Shown in pieces: positions 50,051 to 63,439 of a stretch of DNA of 64,000 nt (its first letter is position 1; each line of letters starts with the position of its first letter). A program made the translations under genes and the position numbers. The notes under the pieces are model-generated. The model was not told the DNA's origin. It searched no databases and worked only from the letters and a program-made list of their open reading frames with translations. Location: assembly GCA_965153285.1 (NCBI GenBank), contig OZ229110.1; one strand, given 5' to 3'. This stretch comes from Podarcis tiliguerta. Taxonomy: Eukaryota.

Positions 50051-52445
50051 TCAGAGACCATAATATAATTAGACAACCAAAAGAGAAAATAGAGTTCATT
50101 AAAAACAATGAAGGGGGGAAATACCATAGAAGTTTCTCCTTTAATATCTAATATACAAAACTGGGATCTGTTTGAAATAAGTGACTGAGATTTCACAGCC
50201 TCACAATACATGTCATTCTCTTTTTGTGTGTCTTCTAGCATGCTGGCTACCTTCACCCACTCAGGCAAGAATGCTTCATCACCCTTGTCACAATAAATAA
50301 AGCCCCACACCTGCCTCGCTGGCTCTAAATCTACCCTGAAGAAATGCAGTGATGGATGCACACCTTGGAATGACTGCACAGTAGAGGCCTTCCAACATGT
50401 TGCATCACTATTTCCAAGTACCCTCTGTGTGTAATTCAACATAGCAAATAGCAACCATACCCTGAATGGCATCTTATCATGAATACAGTATACCTCTTAA
50501 CCCCTGTCCCTCTCGTCGACCTTCAGAATTAGAAGGTTCTGCAGGGGGAAATATTTTTTCTAGGTGATTCGTTTCATTCAGCTGAGAACATAAACTTTGT
50601 GGCTGAAAGGGTTTATTGACACTAAGTAGGAAGGGGTCATAACCGCAGGGAATCTGTATAAATGAAGGAATATATGCTTTGGTACTACATTCTGTCCAAG
50701 CCTACTTATAAATCTTCACCCAGTTGTTGTGCCATTACACAAAGGGCTTTCTAGTTCCACTTGTACTATTTCAGTTGCATTTTTTCAGGCGCCTTTTCAG
50801 TGCAAAATCAACACACACATGAGGAAAGCCATCTTAATTTACACAAGACGCTTTGTCCCACCCTATCACTCTATAAAACTGAGCTTGAAGATCTATGAAA
50901 AGATATGCACACTAGAACATTGCATTTTGGGTAAATTAAGACAGTGGGTGGCACTGGCCACCCCAGAAACAGGTCAAGTTTGGTGTGCATTCAGAAGTGT
51001 TACTGCCAAAATGCTGTTAGAGGGCAGTGTGTGGTGTTGATGGCAATGAAGAAAAAAAATCCTATGGGACCATAGAAGTGTGGGGGTAATGGGGGGCAAT
51101 GGTGGCCCCATGCTAAGGGCACCATGAAGTCTTTTGCTGGCCCTGTGTGGTTCCAATAGCTTATTTTTTTGTCATTACTCCAGCCACTTCCACTTTTCCA
51201 ACTTCCTATGCTGCTCTCTATTTACACAAATGATCATAGGACCATATGTATACATTGAAAGATGCCAAACAAGTTAGTTCTTCTAGGCTGGAGAAATAGA
51301 TGTGTTTGTTTTCACTTACCACCTAGCCATATGTTTGCCGTACAATCACTGAATTTTGTTCTCATGACATCAGCTTCAAGAGGCTAAGGAAGAAGCAATG
51401 TGCCTTCATAAATCCTTTTCCAGCAGCCTTGCTTACATCCAAGACATGCTACAGCTAGCTTAATATTCAACTGTAAATCTATGGAGCCTGGGGGAATGGA
51501 AAGAGGGAAGGAAATAAGTGAAAACCAAGAGAGAAGGAGAAGGAGAAGGAGAAGGAAGGAAAGTTGGCAACCCTAATAAGAAAGGTAGTGTGGATTCGTC
51601 AAAAGAATCAAATTACCAATATCTAATCATTTGTAAATGGTTAATAAATTCCTCTCTTCTGCTTCTACATCCCACAGCTGACAGATGTATCGAGCACCTG
51701 ATTACCAAAACAGTGACCCCTTTTATGGCACTCAGGTCTTCTTCCAGAACAAAAACAATATATTTTCATAATTGCCTTCATATTTATGGGTATCACAAGC
51801 CTTGGGATTCTGACGTATATTTTCCATAGAGGGGGATACAGAAAAATGAAAATTGAAAAATGCTCTTTAGTGTCTGGGCCATGATTAGCCGACATGGTAA
51901 TCTGGATATGTGGTTGGGTTATGATTCTCATCAGCTCCTGCCACCAAGACCAGTGGTCAATGATGATGGGAGTTGTAGTCTAATAACATGTGGATGGCAC
52001 TATGTTGGCTCAACCTTGCTGGGTACATGGTTTCATGATCAAAGCATCATCTTTTTAGGTGGGGTGAAAGCAGCTAGCATGGAAAAGTCTTAGTTTTGGT
52101 TCAAGCCAACAACCTCTATAGTTACATCTCTCTGGCCACTTGGCTATTGGGAGCTTGAAAATGGCGGAAACAATAGCACAACTGGGCAGGAACATACCAA
52201 GATGGCGTCCCAGCGAAATATGAGTTCCAGCATGATGCTTCATTCACATTAATCACTGGGCTTACAATAACCACAATAAGTAAAATTAGGAACTGGGGGG
52301 AGGGGGGGAATGCAATCCATGTCAATCACTGGATGGAAACAGGTGGCCATTTATGCATGACCAAAAAAAAAAAGGATGAAATGAATAAACAAAGAAGAGG
52401 GCAGAAGAAAACATTGAAATGTGACTGTGTGGATTTATTTCTAAA

Positions 52446-52695
52446 NNNNNNNNNNNNNNNNNNNNNNNNNNNNNNNNNNNNNNNNNNNNNNNNNNNNNNN
52501 NNNNNNNNNNNNNNNNNNNNNNNNNNNNNNNNNNNNNNNNNNNNNNNNNNNNNNNNNNNNNNNNNNNNNNNNNNNNNNNNNNNNNNNNNNNNNNNNNNNN
52601 NNNNNNNNNNNNNNNNNNNNNNNNNNNNNNNNNNNNNNNNNNNNNNNNNNNNNNNNNNNNNNNNNNNNNNNNNNNNNNNNNNNNNNNNNNNNNNN
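52446..52695 (-). other. N-block (250 nt), probable hidden exon
   Basis: Minus strand reads cacatcttccccactgtgtattgtatttct|N: pyrimidine-rich, AG-free for about 40 nt. Confidence 0.6.
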
Positions 52696-53151
52696 AGAAA
52701 TACAATACACAGTGGGGAAGATGTGACCATATAACCTGTGTGCCTGCTTGTTCTGGTATTCAGGTGTGAACACTTGATGGGCAAATTCAGTTCTCCCTTT
52801 TAGGGTACTTTATCTTTAAACTGGGCTTGGAACTTTCAACCTTTCAAATAAAGGACACTTTCATATAGTCAATGGAACCTGTCCTCTGCAAAGTATGAAA
52901 CATGGCCACTCTAGGGGGGATAATGATCCTCTTGCTCATCTTGCTCACTTGCATTGAAGTAAATTCAACTAGCACCCATAACTTGTTTGCTTCCTTATAA
53001 AACCCCCAACGCAACATGTTGCATGACACCAGGTGACACTAAATATCTTTGGTCTACTGTTGTGATCATATTAGACAATAAAACTGATGGACGGTAGATT
53101 TGTTTGAATTATCCAAAAATCAGGTCCTACTTTCTCACTACAAGTAGGTAT

Positions 53152-53200
53152 CTTCTCCTCCTCCTCCTTCTTCTTCTTCTTCTTCTTCTTCTTCTTCTTC
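53152..53200. repeat. (CTC)n/(CTT)n microsatellite
   Basis: Directly visible. Confidence 0.95.
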
Positions 53201-54862
53201 ATCCCCTCTCCCCCTTTCTTCTCGTCCATTTATTATGCTTAAAGTTCCAGGGCAAGTTCAGTTCAGTTCAGTTCAGTTACAACAACTGAAACACAAATTT
53301 TAAAAACAGTTTAAAGTGACTTACAATCACAAAAATAAAGAAAGTCCTTGAAAGTATACATCTCATGAACCAACAACACAAAATGTGGTTCCCTCAGTGA
53401 AAGCAAAAAAGGAAAACCTGGACCTTTTGTTCATTCTCATGCTCTCTCTCTCCCTCTGTTTCAACTTCAGTCTTCTATAGCTTTCTGCATTTTATTTCAC
53501 TTCAGTGATATCTCATGGTTGTTCTACAAGGAACATCGAACGGTTCCAATGCATGTTTTTATTTTATAACCCTCTTTTGGCCATGTTCAACAATCATATA
53601 ATTCAAAATTCATTTGAAAGGCCATTTATTCAGATAGAGTTGAAAGCGGAATATCAGGGAAAACTTTTAATCCAGGTTCTTGAAGCACTCACTCTTCCTC
53701 AGTTTTTGAAAAAGGGTGAGCATTTTCCACATGAAAATACCAGTTGGGGAATAAAACTGACAAATATATTCAATCAAAGATGATTTTTTTCTCTCTCTCT
53801 TACATTCCAAAATGGCTTCATTAAAATAAAAGCACCACCTTAGGGATTGTACAGAACAGAATACTGGGTACCTAAATGGTATTTATGACTGGCCTAAATG
53901 TAAAGCGAATTAAAATTTAAAATATTGTACTCAGGTAGGCCACAGAAGCCTGTGAAAGAATGTCCATTAGGAAGAGGAAAGAACCCAGAGTGCCCAAGTG
54001 ACAGGGACATGTCAGGTTAGCGGTCAGGCATACCTTTACACTTAATGGCAAGGCAAATGAAAGAAATATTGCCAGCGTCCTCAGTTACTCACATATTTAT
54101 TTTAACCCAGGAAAACAAGGTCATGGCTTTAAAAGGATATTCGCTGAAAGAAAAAGCTACACAGAAACAAAAAAGTAAGAGCAGAGTTCCTACTGTTGTG
54201 AAATAAAGTGACAATTCTATGCCCATGGAGTGTGAACTCTATTGAACACAGTGAGGCTTCTTCTGATTAAGCATGCATCACATTGCACTGGGCGTCTAGT
54301 GGCAAACAGACACATTTCCTTGGACATAACAATTTTGTATGCCATGTTCTGTGTAAATAAATTACTTGGATGGAAAATTTATTTAAGGTGGAAGTCTAAG
54401 GTTGCAAACCCTGAAACATCCTTTGTTCTGGAAAGAGATGTTACTGGGTTGTTTTTAGGAGAGGAGAAAAAAATTGTTTGGAAATAATAACTGGAGCAAA
54501 TGATGTTTCCCACATTTCGTTCACCAATATACAATTTGTGTCAGAAGGATGGCACTGTTAGGTTCCTGTTATGCCACTGTGCAGTGTTTGGAGTCACAAG
54601 ACTCTGTTTACATTCCAGACTGCTGTAAGTCTCATGGGAGACGGGAGACGGATGTTGATGTTACTGGTTTTCTGTTTCTTTGTTCCAGTTGGTTCTCTGA
54701 CTTTCACAGAGAGCAGATGCATATTCTTTTATGTCCTGCGTAGTTAGCAATAAACGTAGCAATGTAGCACACATTTCTCGCTCCTTCTGCTGCTGTTTGG
54801 ATACTCTGCGTAATGGGAATGTGCCTGAAGCCTCATCAAAGGCTTAGGTCGTTAATCACCAT

Positions 54863-55738
54863 TGGAGGAGATTCCAAAGACTCGACCGGAGGAGTAGCTC
54901 GGTCAAACGGAGTTCCGACAGGCACATGGGGCTGGTCCTTCTTCTCCCAAAGTGAAAGAATCTATTTTGAGTGAGTGGACTTCTACTCACATAATATCTG
55001 CTGATCTGGGGAGGCGGCCATTGCTGCATGGTGTGGCCATGGTGGGTTCAGGGAGGCTGCCATCTTCCAGTCATGGACGAGGGAGGGGATGGCTGGCACT
55101 GACCACCTTTGGCTGCATCGGACCGTCAGGTAAGGGTGGGCAGTGCCCATTCAGCCAATCAGAGGCTGGGGCTTAGTGTTGTGAGCAGCCTATCACCAGC
55201 CTATTTAAGGGGGCAGCCAGGTGTCAGGGGATTTTTCCATCCACGGGGGGGGGGGGAGAGTGGGCATGTTGCCTATGGACCTTGCTATGGTTAATTCATC
55301 ACCGTATTTTCGGGACCAGGGAGGAATTTTCTCCTGCAAGCAAATTGGCCGGCTTGTAGGTTTTTTGGCTACCTCATAGCAACCATCACAACTTTGGCAG
55401 ATTAGGCATTGGACTGCATCCTTAGTCACAGGAGTACCCCATTAGAGGGGTCCAGGAGGGGTGACTCTGTCCGGGAGTCCACTGGTGGACCAAAGGGTCA
55501 AGACACTTCTTCCAATGGTGGCCTGTGTGGGGTCGTGGCATCAAATGTATGTTGGGGGTGACTCCCCAGCACAGGGTTGACCCCACCAGGTTTCTATCAG
55601 GTAGCAGGCGGGCTGCCTGGTGTGAGATACATGTCTAATGCCTTAGCCAAACCTAGACTTTCCTGTGTAAGTTGTGGCCTAATTCAACCCGATACCAGTC
55701 TCCTGTGTCATTCTTGTGGCCCTCCCTTCACCTCCACA
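54863..55738 (+). mobile_element. Solo LTR (Gypsy/ERV-type), plus orientation
   Basis: Ends TGGAGG...CCTCCACA. TSD ACCA(T) (54858-54862 / 55739-55743). CCAAT at 55155, TATTTAA at 55202 and AAGTTGTGGCC at 55669. Ordered motifs are shared with 23258-24037. Confidence 0.8.
55318..55375 (+). ncRNA. ENE-like U-rich internal-loop RNA hairpin inside the LTR
   Basis: RNA: AGGGAGG-AAUUUUCU-CCUGCAAGC-(AAAUUGGCCG)-GCUUGUAGG-UUUUUUG-GCUACCU. Confidence 0.55.
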
Positions 55739-56033
55739 ACCATTATGCACCTGTGCCGACAATGGGATCCCTTTTTCCTCTCCTGCACCCCCCCCCCAAT
55801 ATGGGGCTTCAGTGGGGAGGGTAGGAACAGGATATCCCATTGCTCAATTGGAAGTCTATTCTGCTTGAACCTAGGCACCCACAAATGTCACCTATTTCTT
55901 TCCTCTTCCTTGCATCACTTTTGCTTCTTTTCTCCCCAATAACTCCCCAATAACTACTAGACCAAGAAGCCCAACTATTTCACTTCTCTGCCACCTTTGT
56001 TCAAAAACTCATTGTTAGAACAATTTTTAAAGC

Positions 56034-56372
56034 CTGTGGGTTAAACCACAGAGCCTAGGACTTGCTGATCAGAAGGTCGGCGATTTGAATCCCCATGACT
56101 GTGTAGCAGCTCCTGCTGCTCGGTCCCTGCTCCTGCCAACCTAGCAGTTCAAAAGCATGCCAAAAGTGCAAGTAGATAAATAGGTACCGCTCCGGCGGGA
56201 AGGTAAACCGTGTTTCCTTGCGCTGCTCTGGTTCGCCAGAAGCGGCTTAGTCATGCTGGCCACATGATCCAGAAGCTGTACACCAGCTCCCTCGGCATAT
56301 AAAGCGAGATGAGCACCGCAACCCCAGAGTCGGCCACAACTGGACCTAATGGTCAGGGGTCCCTTTACCTTA
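56034..56372 (+). mobile_element. Sauria SINE, slightly 5'-truncated
   Basis: Reverse-complement homolog of 13039-13411. Ends ggtcaggggtccctttacctt. Confidence 0.93.
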
Positions 56373-57304
56373 TATAAAGAGTTCTGTACTTCATAAGTGA
56401 TTTTTTTTAAAAAAAACATACTTTCCAGATCTTTGCCCGATTTCCATGGATCAATGCTGAGTGTGACTTCTTTTGCCAACTGAAGGCAGAGAGGATTGCT
56501 TCTAGAAATCAGCTAAGTAAAGTTATGGACTCTATAACTTTAAGTTTATATGCAGATTACTCAGCCTCTAGCTTTTTTTCTGTTTCAAAATCAGGCATTC
56601 ATTGAACATGTGTAAGTTTGAAAGAAGTGTGGCAATAGCAGGAGGCTCTATCTCCAACCATCAGTCAGATGTTGAAGGTCAGCATGGAGCCCTGAAAGTG
56701 TTTGCCAGTAGACCTTCCGTCCCCAGTCTCACGTCTCCAGTTGTTACTGCAATACAACTCCAGTCACCCCTGGCAAGCCATGTTGGCTGGGGCTGATGGG
56801 AGTTGTAGTTCAACAACATCTAGAGGGCACTGGGTTAGGAAGGCTTCAATAGAATCCAAATAAGTGGTTGAGGAGCCTGCCTTTTGTAGATTCCTCAGTC
56901 ACACTGACAGAGTCTATATGCAGTTGTACACATGGAGGGCTCCATACAAACCTTAAGCTGAACATGATGAGTTGCAATGGGACAATCACACCCCTCATCA
57001 ATGCACATATGGAAGCCCTTTTGTTACTTATCTGGTTGGAACACTAGTTCAAATGCTACTTCACATTTATTTTTGTTCACCTGAATTTACATTGTGGGTT
57101 TTCTAAAGAATGCTTAATTTTTTCTTACAAATTATTTTATGTTCTTCCAGTTTTGTATAAAGCCTTCCAAAGCCTTGAAAATTGCTTAAAAAACACATAA
57201 TATTATTCTTGACATAATATACAGGAGATTTACTCAGTTATGTTCAAAAAACTCAGTTGTATTTGAATTGTGTAGGGGGTGGGAAAAATGTGCGCATAGA
57301 ACTA

Positions 57305-57520
57305 GGTTATAAGATCATAAGAGCTGGAAGGCACCTCAAAGGCAATCTGGGCCAACCAACTACTAGTGTAGGAGATCCACATCTACAGCATTCCTGAGAG
57401 GTGACCATGCAGCCTCACCTTCAAAATATCTAATGAAGGAAAGTCCACCACCTTCCAAGGTTCTGTTTTCCACTATTAAACAGATCATCCAATCAGGAAC
57501 TTCTTCTAAATGATCTAGAA
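57305..57520 (-). mobile_element. CR1 LINE 3' end
   Basis: agagctggaaggcacctcaaaggcaatctgggccaac...gcagcctcaccttcaaa...ccaccaccttccaagg is a typical antisense CR1 3' region. Confidence 0.7.
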
Positions 57521-58020
57521 AAAGTCTACAAAACCAGATTGTTAATTTAGGTACTGATAGGCTGTTTGGACATCTGTAAACGCTTTTCTGACTGGAAGTT
57601 GTACGCATAGTTCATACTTCAAAGGTAAAAATGGTTTTATTTTTCCTGTTCCTTTTAAGGTGCAAAAGATGGGCATGCATACATCAGCCTGTTAGCACTC
57701 ATACCTGTCAATCTAGAGTGAAACCAAAGCTTTACAAGGCCCATGAGGCCTTGTGGGGCTGGCTGTGACATTTATCTCCCGCCTCAAGTCGTTGCAGGCC
57801 AAATGGGTCAAGTGGGTGTGAACTGCCGCCCGTTAAACTCCTGCAGCTTATGAAAGAGAGCAGAGTTGAGTTGTACCGACCTCTCTCATAACTAGCAGCT
57901 GTTGTTGGCCACTCTGAAGCTCTGGATGGGAGACTTCTAAATCCTCACTAGTATTTTTAAAGGTTGCTTTATTCTTGAAACTGTTCTAAGCCTAGTCTTT
58001 CCAGAGATGATAGTTAACAC

Positions 58021-58207
58021 AGGAACATAGGGAGTTGCCCTATTCCATCTCAGGCCATGTGTCCATCTAGCTCAGTAAGACCAAAGAGAACTGGCATTGA
58101 CTCTCCAGGATTTTCAGATGAGAGTCTCTCTCAGGCCTACCTGGAGATGCCAGGGATTGAACCTGGAATCTTTTGCATGCAAAGCAGATGCTGTACCATG
58201 AATTTAA
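58021..58207 (-). mobile_element. tRNA-derived SINE with CR1-type tail (Squam3-like)
   Basis: Minus-strand head gcatctgctttgcatgcaaaag...caggttcaatccctggcatctccagg (tRNA B-box), with an aggaacatagg tail on plus. Confidence 0.8.
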
Positions 58208-59502
58208 CTTAGGGTATCCATTCCATGGATGACAACTGAAATAGCCCAATATATTAAATTCATATTGATATAATTAATTATGGGTGTTCAGGCTTAAGTG
58301 ACTTATGGCTCACGCTCACTACACAGTTACGAAAAAGTAATTTTAGGGGTTGTCCTGTTCATATCCATAGGCAAGATAAGAAAATAAAAAATTTGGAACA
58401 GCTGCCAGAGGGAAGTCCCATTTGCTCTATTGTTACTTTCACAGAATTCATGACCCCTCCTCACAAAAGAAACCCCACCCACAGAAAACAAAAATGCATC
58501 TTTTGTACTATTTTCTCATGCATAAGTTTAAAGCAATGCACAGTGGATCTACATAACTACATATGAGCTAATGTGTGGCCTTTGTGCCTTCTTATGCTAT
58601 TCTGAATATTCAGGGGCCTCAAAATTTATCATTATGGTCTTTTAGTTAAGGATTGCCACTGTTATTGACGAAACCGTGACAATAAAAGCACTACCATACA
58701 TTTGACCTGATAAGGTTTCCTAACATCCTCTCCTTGCTGCTGTCCCCCATAGCATACCACTTCTAGACAGGAGAAACATCATCAGCAATTATGAAGAATT
58801 TTCAAAAGGAGACTAATTAAATGTATACAGTTTTTTTAAAACTTGTAACTCCATTGTTTAATTACATATGTTGAACTGTGGCAAAAGTCTGAAAACACTT
58901 CACTTTCTCTTAATAGGGCAAAATGCAAAGATCTACATGACAGATGACAAAGCCAAGCCCAAGTCTACATGAATGGCATCTCTGCCAGACCCACGACTTC
59001 TAGTGGCAACAGGGGCATTTCTGGGGCAGGACTAGGACCATCACTGAAGCTCTCAGCTTTGTTGTCATTTTAAGAATGACTTGAGCACCTGAATCCATCA
59101 TCATCATCATCAGTCACCAGTTGGGTATGTAGGGGGTAGGCAAACTTTTTAGGAATACTGGTCTCAAGCTGCATGTTCAAGCTGCATATACTTCAGATAC
59201 GTTTCCTGAGTAATTCTTACAACAGCCTTGTAAGAAAGTCCACATTGCTCACGGGGAACTGATGCTTTGAGTCACTGGCTTCCCTAAGACCTCTAGCAAG
59301 TTCCCTGCATAGACAAGCGATAAACAGGGAGTTTCCTGGATTACAACTCAGTCCCTTAGTCACTGCTGTAGCTATATTGGTGCTACAGATGTGCTAATGG
59401 TAGCAATAGCATAGAAGCAGTAGCTGTTCTCTCAATAACATGCACCACTTAGAAAGGCTAATGATTAAGCAGTATATAAATTCCTTAAATAAAATATAAA
59501 TA

Positions 59503-59760
59503 CAGTGGTACCTCGGGTTAAGTACTTAATTCGTTCCGGAGGTCCGTACTTAACCTGAAACTGTTCTTAACCTGAAGCACCGCTTTAGCTAATGGGGCCT
59601 CCTGCTGCTGCCGTGCCGCTGGAGCACGATTTCTGTTCTCATCCTGAAGCAAACTTCTTAACCTGAAGCACTATTTCTGGGTTAGTGGAGTCTGTAACCT
59701 GAAGCGTATGTAGCCTGAAGCGTATGTAACCTGTAGCGTATGTAACCCGAGGTACCACTG
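59503..59760 (-). mobile_element. Tigger/pogo-like MITE, opposite orientation to 29338
   Basis: TA TSD. Perfect TIR CAGTGGTACCTCGGGTTA / TAACCCGAGGTACCACTG. Tandem GTAACCTGAAGCGTAT units. Confidence 0.95.
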
Positions 59761-60976
59761 TATTGGTAAAGTATCAGCAGCAAAACAGGCTCAGCGAGCA
59801 ACCCTTGTAAAAGTAAGTGTGCCAGTCCTGTGTTTGTCCCAGATAAAGAGGGATTTGCAGCCCCTTACTATTCTCCTCCTTCAAGGCAAACAGCAATACC
59901 TGGTTAGTTTCTTTGCCTTTAAGGTAATGAATTGCAACCCTTTATATTTTAATCGCAGCAGTTGTATTTTTGGGACACCAAGACACAGCTTTTGCATTCT
60001 CCACCCCACCCCGTTACACAATTCAAAAGCTACACTCTGCTCCTCTGCACATCAGCTGCATTCTTATTAACGACGTGGCCGATTTCCGATGCTCCTGATT
60101 TGTTTGATAAAGAGCTAGTTGAGATGCTGGGCATGTTAATAAGGGGTCGTATGCTTTCCCTGTGTTCTCAGCAAGGTGCCCGCCTGTGGCACACAACCTG
60201 GCACGGCCCACATTCTTATACTGCTCCTAACAGGCAGACTGCACCAGCCTTTTCCCCCCAATTCACCCGATCATTCACAAGTTAGCTCCAACCCAGCCTT
60301 GTAATTGCCATTCGTCACACTTATAGGGTACGCTTTTATGTGCTGTATCTCACTGATGTCTCTCAACGCCAGGCCAGTGCCACAGGGTACTAGTCTACAA
60401 CAAAGATCTCAAACGCAGTTTAAAAGGTAACACCATAAAAGAGAAAAATAATAGCTAAAATCACGGCCGGATACCTACAGGCTCTGTGGATTTTCTCAGT
60501 TCAACCGGTGCTCAGATTCAGAGCTAGTATCTTCAGTGGCATGCACAGAGTGTCAAGCTGTCTTCTTATGCCCCTGCCCAGACAGCAATCTTGAAGACGT
60601 ATTTTCCGGCAAGGGAAGACAATTGATTATGTAGATATGAAAAGGCTTTTTGTCTCAGCACCTTCTAGCTAAGGGTGAGACAGGAGGAAATACAGGCTTA
60701 TTCTTTTGTCGTGGGGGTTAGCTCTGAGTTTAGGTTATGAATTCAATACTGTTTCAGGCAAGTTCATATGGCTGGCAATCCTCACTGTATCTAGGAAAAA
60801 GAGAGGGGAGGCTTGCCATCTGGATATGATGATGTGAATACACTCACAGCATGAACCAGCAGGTCCATGTAGTGGGTGGACACTTGACCACGGCAGTCTT
60901 GACCACTTTTAGATCCTTTCTGAGCTGTTGTAATCATGCAACCATGCAATTTGCAACCATGCAAATCACAGCAGCC

Positions 60977-61021
60977 ACACACACACACATGCACATGCAC
61001 ATACACACACACACACACACC
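60977..61021. repeat. (CA)n microsatellite, interrupted
   Basis: Directly visible. Confidence 0.9.
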
Positions 61022-63439
61022 AGGCAATAGTTCATCCCACCTGGATCACAAAGGAATGAGTGATTCCACATTCTCTCAGAGGTACTGAAAAGGGGGCCCC
61101 TGTTTACAAACTGGTCCATAGACTTGGACCTACAGTTTCTCAGATGGGACATGTGCCCAAGACAAGTGCTGTTTTCAAGCTGTGGCACCAAGGAGTTTGA
61201 AAACATATTGGATAGTGCAGGCTGGGATGGTAGAATGTGAAAGAAAGAAAGAAAGAGCTAAACTTGCTACGAAAATTTAATATAAAGTGAAATTCAAATC
61301 AAATTGTAAGGTTCCTGTACATATATATGTTAAGAGGAATGTAAGTTGAGCAGTTAATGTGCATAATAATCAGCTGTTGTGCACATTTACCAGGTCTCAT
61401 GGAGAATGAACACATGATCCTTGAAGAGGGAATTGGGGACATTACTCAGTCAATATGCATAACCATAACAAGCCTTGGGGAATGTGCTTATCTTGGTTGA
61501 ATTCTGTACATTCTCTGGCCATTATGCGTAACCCCCAAAGGCTCTGGGGAATATGTATATCTGGGCTTCATCATCTACAATTCTGGGCAATGTGCACATT
61601 TTCTAGTCAGTATGCAAAGTTTCTGTAAGAAAAGTGCATTTCTCCCCACCTCTATTTCTTGTTCAGAAGTATGCAATCTCTACTCCCCAGGCTGTTTCTA
61701 GACCACTGCCTAATCTTAAATAGGCCAATACATACCCTCCCACTCATCAGCCAAGGAGCAGGAAGAAGTGGGGAGATAAAGATAAAGATTTATCCAGATA
61801 AATATTCATTCATTCATTTATAACCTACCCTTTCTCCATAGGCACCTTTTTTTGCATCCCACCCCCCTTTTAATCACTCTCAATTCATGTCCTAAAATGC
61901 AGCTAATATTCATGTACTTAGGCTTGTTGTTTTAACACAGAAATACATTTTCTGTAGGTTTTAGAAAGTTTTCATAGTTAAACAACTGAATAATAAAATA
62001 CATCTGAGTTTCATTTTTTATTGGGGGGACCTCATGGAGATTTAGCTATACTAAAGTCAGGAATCAATTCTAGACAATATTCTGAGAAGATGTATTTCTG
62101 TTTCATGCGGTCCATTAATAGGAAGAAAACAATGTTAAATAACAAAGAGAAAAATGGTTTTCCTTTCTTTTTGCAAGCCCTTGTGTGTTGTAAGTAATTA
62201 TATACATGGCTGAGAACTATAAACTAGCCTCACAAATACAGATTGACCTACCTGTATATTTTTCAGTAAGAAGCAATGTCTACTATTTCCAGGGGGGTAA
62301 AGTCTGCAGTTCTAAGCTATATACAAATGATAAAAGCAAAGACATCAAAGTGTTCAGCCTTTCAACTCATGCTCAATTAGAATAAAAGTTTTGGTTGATG
62401 TTTTAAACATTTAGGGCTAACTAACTGTGACAGCATCTCAGCTCTGCAAATGGGATGATTTTGGATTGACTTTTGATCTGACTGACAGTTTCTTATACAC
62501 TTCAGTGTCGGTTTATAACACACAAGTCCACATTTGAATGCACATGTGTCTAATTAGAAACTGTTTATGGACTAGCCACATAAATTTAACACACAAGAGT
62601 AAAAGGACTTCTTTTTTTAAAGGGGGGATGCAGTTTAATGGAAGGGAGCTAATTTGAAAAGGTGCCTGGTGTAGTCATTTGTTTTGCAACTTGAAGAAAA
62701 GGGCACATTTACCATATGGGAAATCTTTAACAGGAGCATTTAAAATAAAAGGTCAATAAACGACCCATCAAAAATAGTTTGGTACAAACAGACGTGGGGA
62801 GAGGTAAATGGCCAAAAACATTTTTCGGGAACAATCCTGACCTCAGCAGGAGGACAAGGAATATCAGTGCGGCTACTTTGGCATTGTCAATAATATGGTA
62901 CACTTTTGCTTCCTTTCATGAAGCTTGTGTGAAGATTTTAACACCAAAAAAAGTCGGAAAAAAGAATCATTCTATTGCAAGGGACATGGAAATTAGTTTT
63001 AAAAACCAATCCCACCTTTGGCTCATCACCAGTTATTTTACATTGTGGGGCAATGGCAGTAGCATCCATTAGCAGAATGTCCTTGTGAATTACACCGTCC
63101 TGTTTCCATCAGACCTATCGTACTCAGAACAGAAAATTTACTTCATCATGAGGCATGACTTTCCACCTTTCCATTGCACTGCATTTTAGAGTGGCTGATA
63201 GAAATGTATTTGTACTCATGTCCTGCAGACTTTAAGGCAAAAATAAAAATAAAAAAATAAAATACTTTATTAGCTCATGTTACATATCCACAAAGCAAAA
63301 GTGCCCAAGTTGCATGCAGGATGGCCATGGAAGCCTGTCAGAGAATGGGTCTTCAGTCCAAGTCTAATTCAAGGTTTCATCTTGTTCTTAAAGAAACAAT
63401 TTCTAAACCCAGCTTCAGGATTGTGTTCTGCTATCTTAC

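Noticed and set aside
50008-50472. 154-aa minus-strand ORF
   Set aside because: No recognisable motif or splice signals. Partly overlaps a decayed LINE; consistent with chance.
124-52784. ORF-track entries spanning N-runs
   Set aside because: They are open only because N codons cannot be stops. They carry no information.
55376-55520. Possible MALAT1-like locus (ENE + A-tract + tRNA-like element)
   Set aside because: No genomic A-rich tract or cloverleaf follows either ENE-like hairpin.
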